Shown here piece after piece: positions 49,151 to 59,220 of a stretch of DNA of 64,000 bases. Under the pieces are notes generated by a model, which was not told the DNA's origin, searched no databases, and saw nothing but the letters and a program-made list of their open reading frames with translations. The number at the start of each line of letters is the position of its first letter. Position 1 is the stretch's first letter. Source of the DNA: Mesobacterium pallidum. GTDB lineage: Bacteria; Pseudomonadota; Alphaproteobacteria; Rhodobacterales; Rhodobacteraceae. The stretch spans positions 1 to 64,000 of the forward strand of contig NZ_JAIMID010000014.1 of the NCBI RefSeq assembly GCF_019966535.1, given 5' to 3'. The position numbers and the translations under genes are program-made.

Positions 49151-51492
49151 TGCGGATCGTGTTGCACATCGGGCTCGACCAATGGGCCACAACGCGGGTG
49201 CAAAAGGTGCTGGACGCCAAGCGCCAGCAGCTTCTGACCCGCGGCGTGCTGTTCGCGCGCAGCCCCGGCGGGTCGAACCACACGCGGCTTTTCATGGCCG
49301 TGACGGACCCCGATCACATCGACACCCTGCGCCTCAACCGCGGCTACGCCTCGGCGGCCAAACAGGCGGACCTGCGGGGCGAGGTGGCGATGGCGCTGGC
49401 GGCGGAGGTCGAGGCGACGCGGCCGGAGGTGCTGATCCTCTCGGCCTACCAGCTGGGCACGGGGCTTATCACCCGGTCCGAGATCGAGCGCCTGCGGACC
49501 CTGCTGCTGCCGCTCTCGGACGACATAAGCCTTGTCGCCCATGTGGACGAACAGGCGCGGATGCTGGTGCGCCACTACGCCGAACAGGTGACCGAGGGGC
49601 GCGCCGCCTCGCTGAAATCCGAACTCAGCCTCGCCGGTTCGGCGGATTGGTGGGAGGCGGCGCTGGACGCCCGCCAGCCGGACGACCCGGCCTCGGGCTA
49701 TTATTCCGAGGTGCAGGCGCCGCCCTTCTGGCTGGACCTCAACGGCTTGCAAACGCGCTGGGAAGAGGTCTTCGGCCCCGGCTCGCTGACCTTCCGGGGC
49801 ATCGACATCGAACACTTCGCGGGCCGCAGCGTGACCGAAGAGATCACCGATGGCTTCGCGCTTGACGCCCATATCGGCCGGGCCGAGCCGGGCGAGCTGC
49901 CCAGCCGCCCCTCGGCCGCGACGCTGACGCGCGGCCGGCAGATGAACGCGCTGATCCTCAAGTTCCTGGCCAAGCGGACGCGGGTCCTGCCTCGGCAGCT
50001 GTGGCGCAAGATCGTCACGTCGCTCGCCATCGACGGCGCGCCTTTGCAGGCGGGCACGCTCTCTGCCCTGTCGGAGGGCTTTGCCGAGGACAACGCCGCG
50101 CTGATCGAGGCCCATCCCGGCCTCTCGGCCGCCCTGACGCCAGACGCCCCGCTGGAGCCCTGGGTCGAGGCGCCGCCCGAACGCGGCTTTCGCGCCTCGC
50201 AATACCTGCTGGCCAACCTCTACCGCATCGACCAGGCGACGCGCGAGGTGGTCGAAGCCGCCCGCGCCCGCCAGCAGGCCAAGACCGAGGCGGGCACGCC
50301 CACCGGCCTCACGCCCGATGCCGAACGGCTGATGCCGCCGCTCGCCAAGGAGAAGTTCAAGGGCCTCGTCGGCACGCCCTTTGCCCCGCACAACCGCGTC
50401 GGCCGCGTGAACGAGGAGGAACTGGCCGCCCCCTACGCCCCCGCCCCCCCGCGCGATCGGCCCAAGGGCTCCAGCGGCAACGTGATCGTCGGCTGCATGA
50501 AGAACGAGGCGCCCTATATCGTCGAATGGGTCGCCTATCACCGCGCCATGGGCTTCGACAACTTCCTGATCTACACCAACGACTGCACCGACGGCACGGA
50601 CGAGACCCTTGATCGTTTGCAGGACCTTGGCGTGCTGCAACACCGGCTGAACAACGACTGGAAGGGCAATTCCCCGCAGCAACACGCGCTGAACCGATCG
50701 CTGAGCGAGCCGGTGATCGTCAATGCCGACTGGATCGCCCATGTGGACGTGGACGAATTCGTCAACGTGCGCTGTGGCAACGGCACGCTCGACGATTTCT
50801 TTGACCGTGTGCCCGATGCGACCAACGTGGCGATGACATGGCGGTTGTTCGGGCATAGCGGCGTGACCCGGCTGGACGACCGGTTCGTGATCGAGCAATT
50901 CGACCGCTGCGCCCCGAAATTCTGCCCCAAGCCGCACACGGTCTGGGGCTTCAAGACAATGTTCAAGAACATCGGCGCCTATTCCAAGATCTCGTGCCAC
51001 CGACCGAACAAGCTGGATCCGGCCTTCGAGACCCAGGTGAAATGGGTCAACGGATCGGGCCAGGACATGACGTCCGAGGCGGCCAAGAACGGCTGGCGCA
51101 ACTCGGTCAAGTCCATCGGCTACGACCTCATCCAGCTGAACCACTACGCGCTACGCTCGGCCGAGTCTTTCCTGATCAAGCGCCAGCGCGGACGCGCGCT
51201 GCACGTCGACCGCTCGATCGGGCTGAACTACTGGATCCGCATGGATTGGGGCGATTTTCGCGACATCACCATCCAGCGCAACCTGCCGCGGCTGCGGGCC
51301 GAGTACGACCGGCTGATGGCGGATGACGTGCTGTGGGGATGGCATGAAAAGGGCCTCGAATGGCACCGCGCCAAGGCCGCAGAGCTGCACGCCAACCCCG
51401 AGTTCGAAGAGCTCTATACCCAGGCGCTCGACATGAAGCTGACCGAGACGGAGCGCGTGGCCTATGCCCTCGCGCTCGACCTCGAAAGCTGA
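49150..51492 (+). CDS. Two-domain protein: N-terminal degenerate sulfotransferase-like domain fused to a C-terminal GT-A glycosyltransferase domain
   Basis: The N-terminus MRIVLHIGLDQWATTRVQKVL resembles a sulfotransferase start but lacks the PKTGTT lysine. The C-terminal ~330 aa (VIVGCMKNEAPYIVEWVAYHRAMGFDNFLIYTNDCTDGTD..HVDVDEFVNVR..) is paralogous to the 47493 and 51496 genes. 780 aa. Confidence 0.7.
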   Translation: MRIVLHIGLDQWATTRVQKVLDAKRQQLLTRGVLFARSPGGSNHTRLFMAVTDPDHIDTLRLNRGYASAAKQADLRGEVAMALAAEVEATRPEVLILSAYQLGTGLITRSEIERLRTLLLPLSDDISLVAHVDEQARMLVRHYAEQVTEGRAASLKSELSLAGSADWWEAALDARQPDDPASGYYSEVQAPPFWLDLNGLQTRWEEVFGPGSLTFRGIDIEHFAGRSVTEEITDGFALDAHIGRAEPGELPSRPSAATLTRGRQMNALILKFLAKRTRVLPRQLWRKIVTSLAIDGAPLQAGTLSALSEGFAEDNAALIEAHPGLSAALTPDAPLEPWVEAPPERGFRASQYLLANLYRIDQATREVVEAARARQQAKTEAGTPTGLTPDAERLMPPLAKEKFKGLVGTPFAPHNRVGRVNEEELAAPYAPAPPRDRPKGSSGNVIVGCMKNEAPYIVEWVAYHRAMGFDNFLIYTNDCTDGTDETLDRLQDLGVLQHRLNNDWKGNSPQQHALNRSLSEPVIVNADWIAHVDVDEFVNVRCGNGTLDDFFDRVPDATNVAMTWRLFGHSGVTRLDDRFVIEQFDRCAPKFCPKPHTVWGFKTMFKNIGAYSKISCHRPNKLDPAFETQVKWVNGSGQDMTSEAAKNGWRNSVKSIGYDLIQLNHYALRSAESFLIKRQRGRALHVDRSIGLNYWIRMDWGDFRDITIQRNLPRLRAEYDRLMADDVLWGWHEKGLEWHRAKAAELHANPEFEELYTQALDMKLTETERVAYALALDLES

Positions 51493-51495
51493 GCG

Positions 51496-52554
51496 ATGGC
51501 GCCCTTCGCCCCCCCACAGGTCACCGCGATCCTGACGGTCCGGAACGAAGGCGCCTTCCTGCTCGACTGGCTGGCCCATCACCGGGCGGCGGGCATCGGG
51601 CATTTCGTCGTGTTTTCAAATGATTGCCAGGACGGGACGGATGCGCTGCTCGATCGGCTGGCGGCGCTTGGCTGGGTCGAGCATCACCGCAACGATCCGC
51701 CTTATGACAAGGGCGGCATCCAGTTCACCGCGCTGAAACGGGCGGCCAAGCTGACATCGGTGCGGCAAGCCGACTGGCTGCTGCCGCTGGACGTGGACGA
51801 ATTCGTCAACGTCCACACCGGCGACCGGACGGTGCAGGCGCTGATCTCGGCCCTGCCGCAGGCGACCGCGATCACGCTGACCTGGCGGCTGTTCGGCAAT
51901 GCGGGCATCGAGCATTTCGTAGACGCGCCGGTGCCTGAGCAATTCACCCGGGCCGCGCCGGAAATCCTGTTCTGGCCCTGGCGCGCGGCGATGTTCAAGA
52001 CGCTCTACCGCAACGACCGCACCTACAAGCTGCCGGGTGTCCATCGCCCCCGCCAGCCGGACAAGGCCCGCATCGACGCGGCGCGCTGGTTCGATTGCGA
52101 GGGGCGCGAACTGGGACCGGAGTTCCGCACCAAGCGGCTCTTTTCCAACTTCGGCCAGAAACTCTACGGCTTGGCGCAGCTGAACCACTACCCCCTCGGC
52201 GCGATGGAAAGCTACGTGCTGAAATCCGACCGGGGCCGCGCCGTCCATGCCGAGGACAAGCTGGGCCTCGATTATTGGGTCGAGCGGAATTTCTGCACGG
52301 TCAAGGACCAATCCATCGCCCCCCTCACCGCCCGTGCTGCGCCGATCCGGGCCGAGCTGGCCGCCGACCCGCAGCTGGCGCCACTGCACGAGCAGGCCGT
52401 CCAGTGGCGCCACGACAGGTTCGAAGCCCTCATGCGCGAAGAGCCGAACCGCGCCCTCATGGGCCGCCTGCTGCTGACCCCTCCGACCCGCCCCCTGCCG
52501 CCCGAGGCGGCGCGCCGGCTTTTCGCCCATGCCCGGCGCGGCCCCGGCGCCTAG
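51496..52554 (+). CDS. GT-A fold glycosyltransferase, third paralog
   Basis: ILTVRNEGAFLLDWLAHHRAAGIGHFVVFSNDCQDGTD and PLDVDEFVNVH. 3-nt gap after the upstream stop. Confidence 0.75.
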   Translation: MAPFAPPQVTAILTVRNEGAFLLDWLAHHRAAGIGHFVVFSNDCQDGTDALLDRLAALGWVEHHRNDPPYDKGGIQFTALKRAAKLTSVRQADWLLPLDVDEFVNVHTGDRTVQALISALPQATAITLTWRLFGNAGIEHFVDAPVPEQFTRAAPEILFWPWRAAMFKTLYRNDRTYKLPGVHRPRQPDKARIDAARWFDCEGRELGPEFRTKRLFSNFGQKLYGLAQLNHYPLGAMESYVLKSDRGRAVHAEDKLGLDYWVERNFCTVKDQSIAPLTARAAPIRAELAADPQLAPLHEQAVQWRHDRFEALMREEPNRALMGRLLLTPPTRPLPPEAARRLFAHARRGPGA

Positions 52555-52661
52555 CGGCAAGCTGCCGACTGTCCGGAAATCCGCTACAATTAATCGCAAT
52601 TTTGCCCCATTGGTCCCCTATACCCGGGTTCCAAAGAAGAATTGGTTGGCCGGAGCCCTAT

Positions 52662-53630
52662 ATGATCGGCCGTGAGGACGAGTTGGACATGCAGGATTCG
52701 CAAAAGACCGAGGCGTCGCCCCTTGTCGGGCTCTCCAAGACCGACTGGCTGCGGTCCGTGGGCGAGATTGCCGATGCCCAGGGCTACTTGCAACCGCTCG
52801 GACCACGCCACAACGCCGTCTTCATCGAGGATGGCGAGACGATGCTGGTCACCTTCGAGACGATCCAGGGCATCCAGGCCCTGTCCGAGGACGCGCAGCC
52901 GCTGGGCTGGACGCTGGTCCGACGCCTCGGCTGGTCGCATATCTGCATCCTGTCGGACGGCGACACCTGGTATCGCGACGCGCAGGTCTATGCCTATTTC
53001 GACCTGCTGACCGACGAAGGGTTCTTTGACGAATTCGACCAGGTGATCTTTTACGGCGCGGGGCCGGGCGGTTACGCCGCCGCCGCCTATTCCGTCGCAG
53101 CCCCGGGCGCGACCGTGATCGCGGTGCAGCCGCAGGCGACGCTGGACCCACGGGTGACCGAATGGGACGACCGGTTCATCGAGATGCGGCGCACCGATTT
53201 CACCGACCGCTATGGCTATGCGCCCGACATGCTGGACGCGGCGATGCAAGCCCATGTACTTTATGACCCGCGCGAGGATCTCGACGCGATGCATGCGGCG
53301 CTGTTCACCCGTCCCAACGTGCGCAAGCACCGAATGCCGGGCATGGGCGACGCGCTGCAATCCGAGCTGATGGAGATGCAGATCCTCAACAAGGTGATCG
53401 CGCGGGCGGCAGACGGCAAGCTGGACACGCTCGATTTTGCCAAGCTCTACCGCGCGCGGCGCAACCACGGCCCCTACCTGCGCCGCCTGCTGAACGCCAC
53501 CGACGCGGCCGAGCGGCTGGAGCTGAGCCGCATGATCTGCGCCAACGTCGTGGCCCGCGTCCACGCGCCCAAGTTCAAGCGCCGACTGCGCCAGATCGAG
53601 GCGCAGTTGAACGGCGAAGAGGTCGAGTAG
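52662..53630 (+). CDS. Hypothetical protein (no family recognised), last gene of the glycosyltransferase/sulfotransferase locus
   Basis: A 322-aa ORF with coding-like composition, preceded by an AT-richer putative promoter at 52560-52660. Contains ..VIFYGAGPGGYAAAAYSVAAPGATVIAVQP.. but no catalytic motif I can assign. Confidence 0.5.
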   Translation: MIGREDELDMQDSQKTEASPLVGLSKTDWLRSVGEIADAQGYLQPLGPRHNAVFIEDGETMLVTFETIQGIQALSEDAQPLGWTLVRRLGWSHICILSDGDTWYRDAQVYAYFDLLTDEGFFDEFDQVIFYGAGPGGYAAAAYSVAAPGATVIAVQPQATLDPRVTEWDDRFIEMRRTDFTDRYGYAPDMLDAAMQAHVLYDPREDLDAMHAALFTRPNVRKHRMPGMGDALQSELMEMQILNKVIARAADGKLDTLDFAKLYRARRNHGPYLRRLLNATDAAERLELSRMICANVVARVHAPKFKRRLRQIEAQLNGEEVE

Positions 53631-53633
53631 CGC

Positions 53634-53909
53634 TCAGTCCATCCGCTCCAGCAGCGCCTGCCGGATCTCGCGGTGAAAGGCGCCCAGCAGCCCGCCCAGC
53701 AGCAGCGTCACCGGCTGCGCCCCGTCGCCCAGCAGGTCCAGCAGCACCGCAGCGCCCAGCAGCGCCGCGCCGAAGGCCGCGACCCGGCGCCCGCCCGCAT
53801 CCGGCATCAGCCGGTCGGGCAGCAGCCCATGCAGAAATCGCGTGACATGGGGGATCAGCCGGTCGGACAGCCCGCCGGCAAGGGCGGCGATGATCAGCGT
53901 GGCGAACAT
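53634..53909 (-). CDS. Small hydrophobic hypothetical protein (91 aa)
   Basis: Two predicted TM helices, convergent with the preceding gene. Weak. Confidence 0.3.
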   Translation of the reverse strand: MFATLIIAALAGGLSDRLIPHVTRFLHGLLPDRLMPDAGGRRVAAFGAALLGAAVLLDLLGDGAQPVTLLLGGLLGAFHREIRQALLERMD

Positions 53910-54031
53910 ATCATGCTCCGTATTTGCCCTGACATCCGACCCACTGGCCTTCTAGGCCCCGCGGGCCCCGGGGCGCAAGCCCTGACGCGTCGCCCCTTCC
54001 CCTGCGCCCGGCGACGGAGTAGGACGAAGCC

Positions 54032-55075
54032 ATGACCCAGACCCTGACCCTTCGGCGCCCCGACGACTGGCACCTGCACCTGCGCGATGGCGAGGTGCTG
54101 GCCGGCGTGCTGCCCGACACCACCCGCCATTTCGCCCGCGCCATCGTCATGCCGAACCTCGTGCCACCCGTCGTGACCGGCGCGCAGGCCGCGGCCTATC
54201 GCGACCGCATCCTCGCCGCGATGCCCGAAGGCGCGGATTTCACCCCGCTGATGACGCTCTACCTGACGCAGGACACAGACCCCGCCGATGTCGCCGCCGC
54301 GCACGAGGCCGGGATCATCAAGGCAGTCAAGCTCTACCCCGCCGGGGCCACCACGAACTCCGCTTCGGGCGTCACCGATTTCGACGCCGTGCGCCCGGTG
54401 CTCGAGACGATGGCCGAGCGCGGGTTGCCGCTGTGCGTGCACGGGGAAGTCACCGACCCCGCCATCGACATCTTTGACCGCGAGGCGGTGTTCATCGACC
54501 GCGTGCTCGACCCCGTGCGCCGCGCCACGCCGGGGCTCAAGGTGGTGATGGAGCATATCACCACCGCCGACGCCGCAGCCTACGTGCGCGAGGCCGACGG
54601 CGAGATCGGCGCGACGATCACCGTGCAGCACCTGATGCTGGACCGGAACGCCATGCTGGTCGGCGGCATCCGGCCGCATTACTACTGCCTGCCGATCCTG
54701 AAACGCGGCACCCACCGCGAGGCGCTGGTCGCGGCCGCGCTCTCGGGCAATCCGCGCTACTTCCTCGGCACCGACTCGGCACCGCATGTCACCGCGACCA
54801 AGGAAACCGCCTGCGGCTGCGCCGGCTGCTACACCGCGCCGATCGCGCTGGCCTGCCTGGCGCAGCTGTTCGAGGACGAAGGGGATCTGGGCAAACTCGA
54901 CGATTTCGCGGGCCGCTTCGGGCCGGAATTCTACGGGCTGCCGCTGAACGACGGCACCGTGACCCTGACCCGCTCGGACGCGCCGGTGGACCTGCCGAAA
55001 GCGACCGAGACGGGCGCCGGGCCGATCACCGTCTTCGACCCGGGCCGGCGGATTCATTGGTCCGTGACCGGCTGA
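54032..55075 (+). CDS. pyrC: Dihydroorotase (type II)
   Basis: [20 protein letters not shown].. canonical homodimeric-type PyrC, 347 aa. Confidence 0.9.
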   Translation: MTQTLTLRRPDDWHLHLRDGEVLAGVLPDTTRHFARAIVMPNLVPPVVTGAQAAAYRDRILAAMPEGADFTPLMTLYLTQDTDPADVAAAHEAGIIKAVKLYPAGATTNSASGVTDFDAVRPVLETMAERGLPLCVHGEVTDPAIDIFDREAVFIDRVLDPVRRATPGLKVVMEHITTADAAAYVREADGEIGATITVQHLMLDRNAMLVGGIRPHYYCLPILKRGTHREALVAAALSGNPRYFLGTDSAPHVTATKETACGCAGCYTAPIALACLAQLFEDEGDLGKLDDFAGRFGPEFYGLPLNDGTVTLTRSDAPVDLPKATETGAGPITVFDPGRRIHWSVTG

Positions 55076-55261
55076 CGCCACATATTTCGCTGCACTGCAG
55101 CGTCAACGCCCTGCCCGACCGGGTCGCATTTCGCGCTCCGGTAGGTGCCTGATTGCCCAAAACTTGGGCGTTGCCCTATTTTCGGGCTTCACCGCGCGAT
55201 CCTTCAAGACTTCGGCAAGCTCTACGACTTTAGTCTTGGGGCCAGCCAAGGAGTCACGATC

Positions 55262-55732
55262 ATGGAAGCGTTGCTGGAAGGGCTGATGGAATGGATCGGC
55301 CAGAACACCGACTACGAGGCGGCCGCGATGCCGCCGCCCATCATCATCGAGATGTCGCCCGAGGAACTGACGCAGGAATATTACACCGGCGCGCCGCACC
55401 TGGCACCGGTCGACGGGGTCGATGACCGTGTCAACGCGCTCTATGCCCGGGCCGAGGGGCCGCACGGCACGATCTACCTGCGCGCCGCCGCGCTGACCGA
55501 CGGGGCGAGCCAGTTCGACGATCCGCTCGACAACCCTGTCTTCCGCGAGGTGCTGCTGCACGAACTGGTGCATCACGCGCAATGGCATTCAGGCGAGGCC
55601 GAGACCTGGGCCTGCATCAATTACGGCGAGCTCGAAGCCTACGTGCTGGGGGGCCGCTACCTGGCCGAGCGGCATGTCACCGACCCGATGCCGAACCGGC
55701 TGTTCTGGGCCCACAGGTACGCCCGCTGCTGA
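55262..55732 (+). CDS. Hypothetical protein with HExxH zinc-metallopeptidase-like motif
   Basis: LLHELVHHAQWHSGEAETWACINYGELEAY (HExxH plus a downstream Glu). AAGGAG RBS. Lower-GC promoter-like region upstream (55140-55260). Confidence 0.5.
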   Translation: MEALLEGLMEWIGQNTDYEAAAMPPPIIIEMSPEELTQEYYTGAPHLAPVDGVDDRVNALYARAEGPHGTIYLRAAALTDGASQFDDPLDNPVFREVLLHELVHHAQWHSGEAETWACINYGELEAYVLGGRYLAERHVTDPMPNRLFWAHRYARC

Positions 55733-55798
55733 TCGCGGGGCTTTCCTGGCGCGCGCGTTCGGTCTAGACCGCGCGGGAGACCTGCCAGGAGCTGCCCC

Positions 55799-56476
55799 AT
55801 GATCCCCACCGCCTACCCGTCGCCCGAAGAAATCGCCCGCCTCTCGGCGCGGATGCTGCTGGAAATCCAGGCGGTGCATTTCAACGCGGCCGAGCCCTTC
55901 ACGCTCGCCTCGGGCCTGCCTTCGCCGACCTACATCGACTGCCGCAAGCTGATCTCCTATCCGCGCATCCGGTCGACGCTGATGGATTTCCTGACGGTGA
56001 CAGTGATGCGCAACGCGGGGCTTGAGGCCTTCGACAACATCGCGGGCGGCGAGACGGCGGGCATCCCTTTCGCCGCGCTGGTGGCCGAGCGGATGGCGCT
56101 GCCGATGACCTACGTGCGGAAAAAGCCGAAAGGTTACGGCCGCAATGCCCGGATCGAGGGCGCCATGACCGAGGGCCAGCGCGTCCTGCTGGTCGAGGAC
56201 CTGACCACCGACGGCGGCTCCAAGATCTCCTTCGTCGACGCGATCCGCGACACCGGCGCCACCTGCGCCCATACGGCGGTGATCTTCTACTACGGCATCT
56301 TCCCCGAGACCGAGCAGACGCTGGGCGATCACGGCGTCACGCTGCATCACCTCTGCACCTGGTGGGACGTTCTGGCCGAGGCCAAGCGGCAGGGCAGTTT
56401 CGACACGGCGACGCTGGACGGGGTCGAGGAATTCCTGAACGACCCCCGCGCCTGGCAGGCCGCGCGCAAGAGCTGA
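55799..56476 (+). CDS. pyrE: Orotate phosphoribosyltransferase
   Basis: ..[14 protein letters not shown].. PRPP-binding motif, 225 aa. Confidence 0.9.
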   Translation: MIPTAYPSPEEIARLSARMLLEIQAVHFNAAEPFTLASGLPSPTYIDCRKLISYPRIRSTLMDFLTVTVMRNAGLEAFDNIAGGETAGIPFAALVAERMALPMTYVRKKPKGYGRNARIEGAMTEGQRVLLVEDLTTDGGSKISFVDAIRDTGATCAHTAVIFYYGIFPETEQTLGDHGVTLHHLCTWWDVLAEAKRQGSFDTATLDGVEEFLNDPRAWQAARKS

Positions 56477-56503
56477 GCGGCGCGCCTTTGACAGGGGCCG
56501 GAT

Positions 56504-56612
56504 GGGGGGCCAGCCCCCCGTCGCCTGCGGCGACTCCCCCCGGAGTTTATCGGCACAATGAAGGGGGATCGGGGCGTCCCTGCTTTCACTATTCTTCAAA
56601 TACTCATGCCTG
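56504..56612 (+). repeat. Dispersed intergenic repeat, compact full copy
   Basis: GGGGGGCCAGCCCCCC..CCCCCCGGAGTTTATCGGCACAATGAAGGGGGATCGGGGCGTCCCTGCTTTCACTATTCTTCAAATACTCATGCC. Confidence 0.65.
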
Positions 56613-56874
56613 CGGGGCCGTTGGCGCGGCCTCAGGGACGATGCGCCGGGGGTGCGCAGAACCTGGGCGGCGCGGCGCCGATGCGGCGCGTCGGCAGGCC
56701 GGCGCCTGAATATATCTGGCCCGGTCGTAGCCAGATGGGGCCAGATGTGGTAGAAATGGATTATCCACAGGATATCCCCGCGAACATACAATTTGCTTGA
56801 AATTGGTGGAATGCGGTAGGGAGCAGGCTCGGGGACAACGGGCCGACAAACAGGCAGATCAGGGGACAGCAGGC

Positions 56875-58362
56875 ATGAACGAAGTCGCGACATTCAATGC
56901 AACCGGGGCCGAGATCCAGTCGCCGGACACCATGCCGCATTCGATCGAGGCCGAGCAGCAACTGCTGGGCGCGATCCTGACCAACAACGACGTCTACGAC
57001 CGCGTCGCCAGCATCATCCGGGCCGAGCATTTCTACGACCCGGTGCATGCCCGCATCTACGAGATTTCCGCCGCGCGGATCGCCAAGAATAACCTCGCCT
57101 CGCCGGTGACCCTCAAGACCTTCATGGAGGACGACGAGGGGTTGAAGGAACTGGGCGGGCCAGCCTACCTCGCGCGCCTTGCCGGCGCGGCGATTTCCAG
57201 CTTTGCCGTGCGTGACTATGCGCAGATGATCTATGACCTCGCCGTCCGGCGCGAGCTGATCCGGCTGGGCCGGGACATTTCCGCCCGGGCGTCCAAGATG
57301 GATGTGAGTGAAGAGCCGCGCGAGCAGATCGTCGCGGCCGAGCAGGCGCTTTACAAGATGGCCGAGCAGGGCCAGGCCGAACGCGGCTTCCAGTCCTTCC
57401 TGCGCGCCGTGACCGATGCCGTGAACGTGGCCAATGCCGCCTACCAGCGCGAGGGGGGCCTGGCCGGCATCTCGACGGGGCTGATCGACATGGACGGCAA
57501 GCTGGGCGGCCTGCACAAGTCGGACCTGCTGATTCTCGCCGGGCGCCCCTCGATGGGCAAGACCTCGCTCGCGACCAACATCGCCTTCAACGTGGCCAAG
57601 GCCTACAAGAAGGGCGAATTGCCCGATGGCAGCCAGGGCGCCGTGTCGGGCGGTGTCGTGGGCTTCTTCAGCCTCGAGATGAGCGCCGAGCAGCTGGCGG
57701 GCCGGATCCTGGCCGAGGCGTCGCAGATCTCGAGCCACAAGATCCGCCAGGGCGACATGACCGAAGAGGAATTCCGCCGCTTTGTCCAGGCCGCCAAGGA
57801 TCTCGAGGCCTGCCCGCTGTACATCGACGACACGCCAGCGATTCCCATCGCCCAGCTGGCGGCGCGCTGCCGGCGGCTGAAGCGGACCCACGGCCTCGAC
57901 CTGCTGATCGTCGACTATTTGCAGCTGATCCGCGGCACCGCCGAGAACCGGGTGAACGAGATCGCCGAGATCTCGATGGGCCTCAAGGCCGTCGCGAAGG
58001 AGCTGAACATCCCCGTCATCGCCCTGTCGCAGCTCTCGCGCCAGGTGGAAAGCCGCGAGGACAAGCGCCCGCAGCTCTCGGACCTGCGCGAATCGGGCTC
58101 GATCGAGCAGGATGCCGACGTGGTCATGTTCGTGTTCCGCGAGGAATACTACAAGGAACGCGAGAAGCCGGGCGAGCATGACCTGGAGAAGATGGCCGCC
58201 TGGCAGGAAGAGATGTCGCGCCTGCACGGCAAGGCCGAGGTGATCATCGGCAAGCAGCGTCACGGCCCCATCGGCACGGTCGAGCTGGCCTTCGAGGCGC
58301 AGTTCACCCGCTTCGGCAACCTGGTGAAAGCCTGGCAACAAGGCGGCGACGACCGCTTCTAG
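56875..58362 (+). CDS. dnaB: Replicative DNA helicase
   Basis: DnaB N- and C-terminal domains (..GRPSMGKTSLATNIA.., ..DYLQLIRG..). Start at MNEVATF. Confidence 0.92.
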   Translation: MNEVATFNATGAEIQSPDTMPHSIEAEQQLLGAILTNNDVYDRVASIIRAEHFYDPVHARIYEISAARIAKNNLASPVTLKTFMEDDEGLKELGGPAYLARLAGAAISSFAVRDYAQMIYDLAVRRELIRLGRDISARASKMDVSEEPREQIVAAEQALYKMAEQGQAERGFQSFLRAVTDAVNVANAAYQREGGLAGISTGLIDMDGKLGGLHKSDLLILAGRPSMGKTSLATNIAFNVAKAYKKGELPDGSQGAVSGGVVGFFSLEMSAEQLAGRILAEASQISSHKIRQGDMTEEEFRRFVQAAKDLEACPLYIDDTPAIPIAQLAARCRRLKRTHGLDLLIVDYLQLIRGTAENRVNEIAEISMGLKAVAKELNIPVIALSQLSRQVESREDKRPQLSDLRESGSIEQDADVVMFVFREEYYKEREKPGEHDLEKMAAWQEEMSRLHGKAEVIIGKQRHGPIGTVELAFEAQFTRFGNLVKAWQQGGDDRF

Positions 58363-58421
58363 GCGCGCCTCACGGCATTTGTGACTGGACAGGGGGGCGC
58401 TTTCGCGGCGACGCTGCGGGT

Positions 58422-59216
58422 ATGCGCGCGCTCCTGATCCTGCTGATTTCGCTGATCCCCGTCACCGCTCCGGCCCAGACCCTGGTCGAGGTCGATGTCG
58501 AGCTGGTGCTTGCCGTCGATGTCTCGCGGTCGATGAACGAGGAAGAGCTCGAGATCCAGCGCCAGGGCTATGCCGAGGCGCTGACCTCGCCGCAGGTGAT
58601 CGCGGCGATCCGGAACGGGCTCATTGGCACCATCGCGGTCACCTACGTGGAATGGGCCGGCTCGGGCATGCAGAACGTGATCGTGCCCTGGACGATCATC
58701 GCCGGGCCCGAGGATGCGGCGCGGGTGGCGAACACGATCTCGTGGCAGATCACCGGCGGAATGCGGCGGACCTCGATCTCGGGCGCGCTGGACGCGGGCC
58801 GCGCGCTGATCGAGGGCAACCAGATCCACGGGCTGCGCCGGGTGATCGACGTCTCGGGCGACGGGCCGAACAACATGGGGCCCGAGGTGACCGCCGCGCG
58901 GGACCGTGCGCTGGCCGAGGGGATCATCATCAACGGCATTCCGCTGATGACCGAGGACCCGTTCTCGACCCGCTGGGGCATTCCCGACCTCGACGTCTAT
59001 TACACCCGCTGCGTGATCGGGGGGCCGGGGGCCTTCGTCATCCCGGTGACCGACTGGCGCGACTTTGCCGAGGCGGTGCGGCGCAAGCTGGTGCTGGAAA
59101 TCTCGGGGCTCGAGCCGCGGATCATCCCGGCCCAGCTGCGGCAGGAGCCGCCCTACGATTGCCTCGTGGGCGAGAAGCTGTGGGAGCGCAATCGCCAGAT
59201 CTGGATGGAACCTTAG
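58422..59216 (+). CDS. DUF1194-like secreted protein
   Basis: Signal peptide MRALLILLISLIPVTAPAQT and a VWA-like ..LVLAVDVSRSMNEEE.. motif. Conserved alphaproteobacterial family. Confidence 0.7.
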   Translation: MRALLILLISLIPVTAPAQTLVEVDVELVLAVDVSRSMNEEELEIQRQGYAEALTSPQVIAAIRNGLIGTIAVTYVEWAGSGMQNVIVPWTIIAGPEDAARVANTISWQITGGMRRTSISGALDAGRALIEGNQIHGLRRVIDVSGDGPNNMGPEVTAARDRALAEGIIINGIPLMTEDPFSTRWGIPDLDVYYTRCVIGGPGAFVIPVTDWRDFAEAVRRKLVLEISGLEPRIIPAQLRQEPPYDCLVGEKLWERNRQIWMEP

Positions 59217-59220
59217 GGGC

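Noticed and set aside
55103-55588. 161-aa minus-strand ORF between pyrC and pyrE
   Set aside because: It is antisense to the HExxH ORF, which has a proper RBS and a recognisable motif. The minus-strand ORF has neither.
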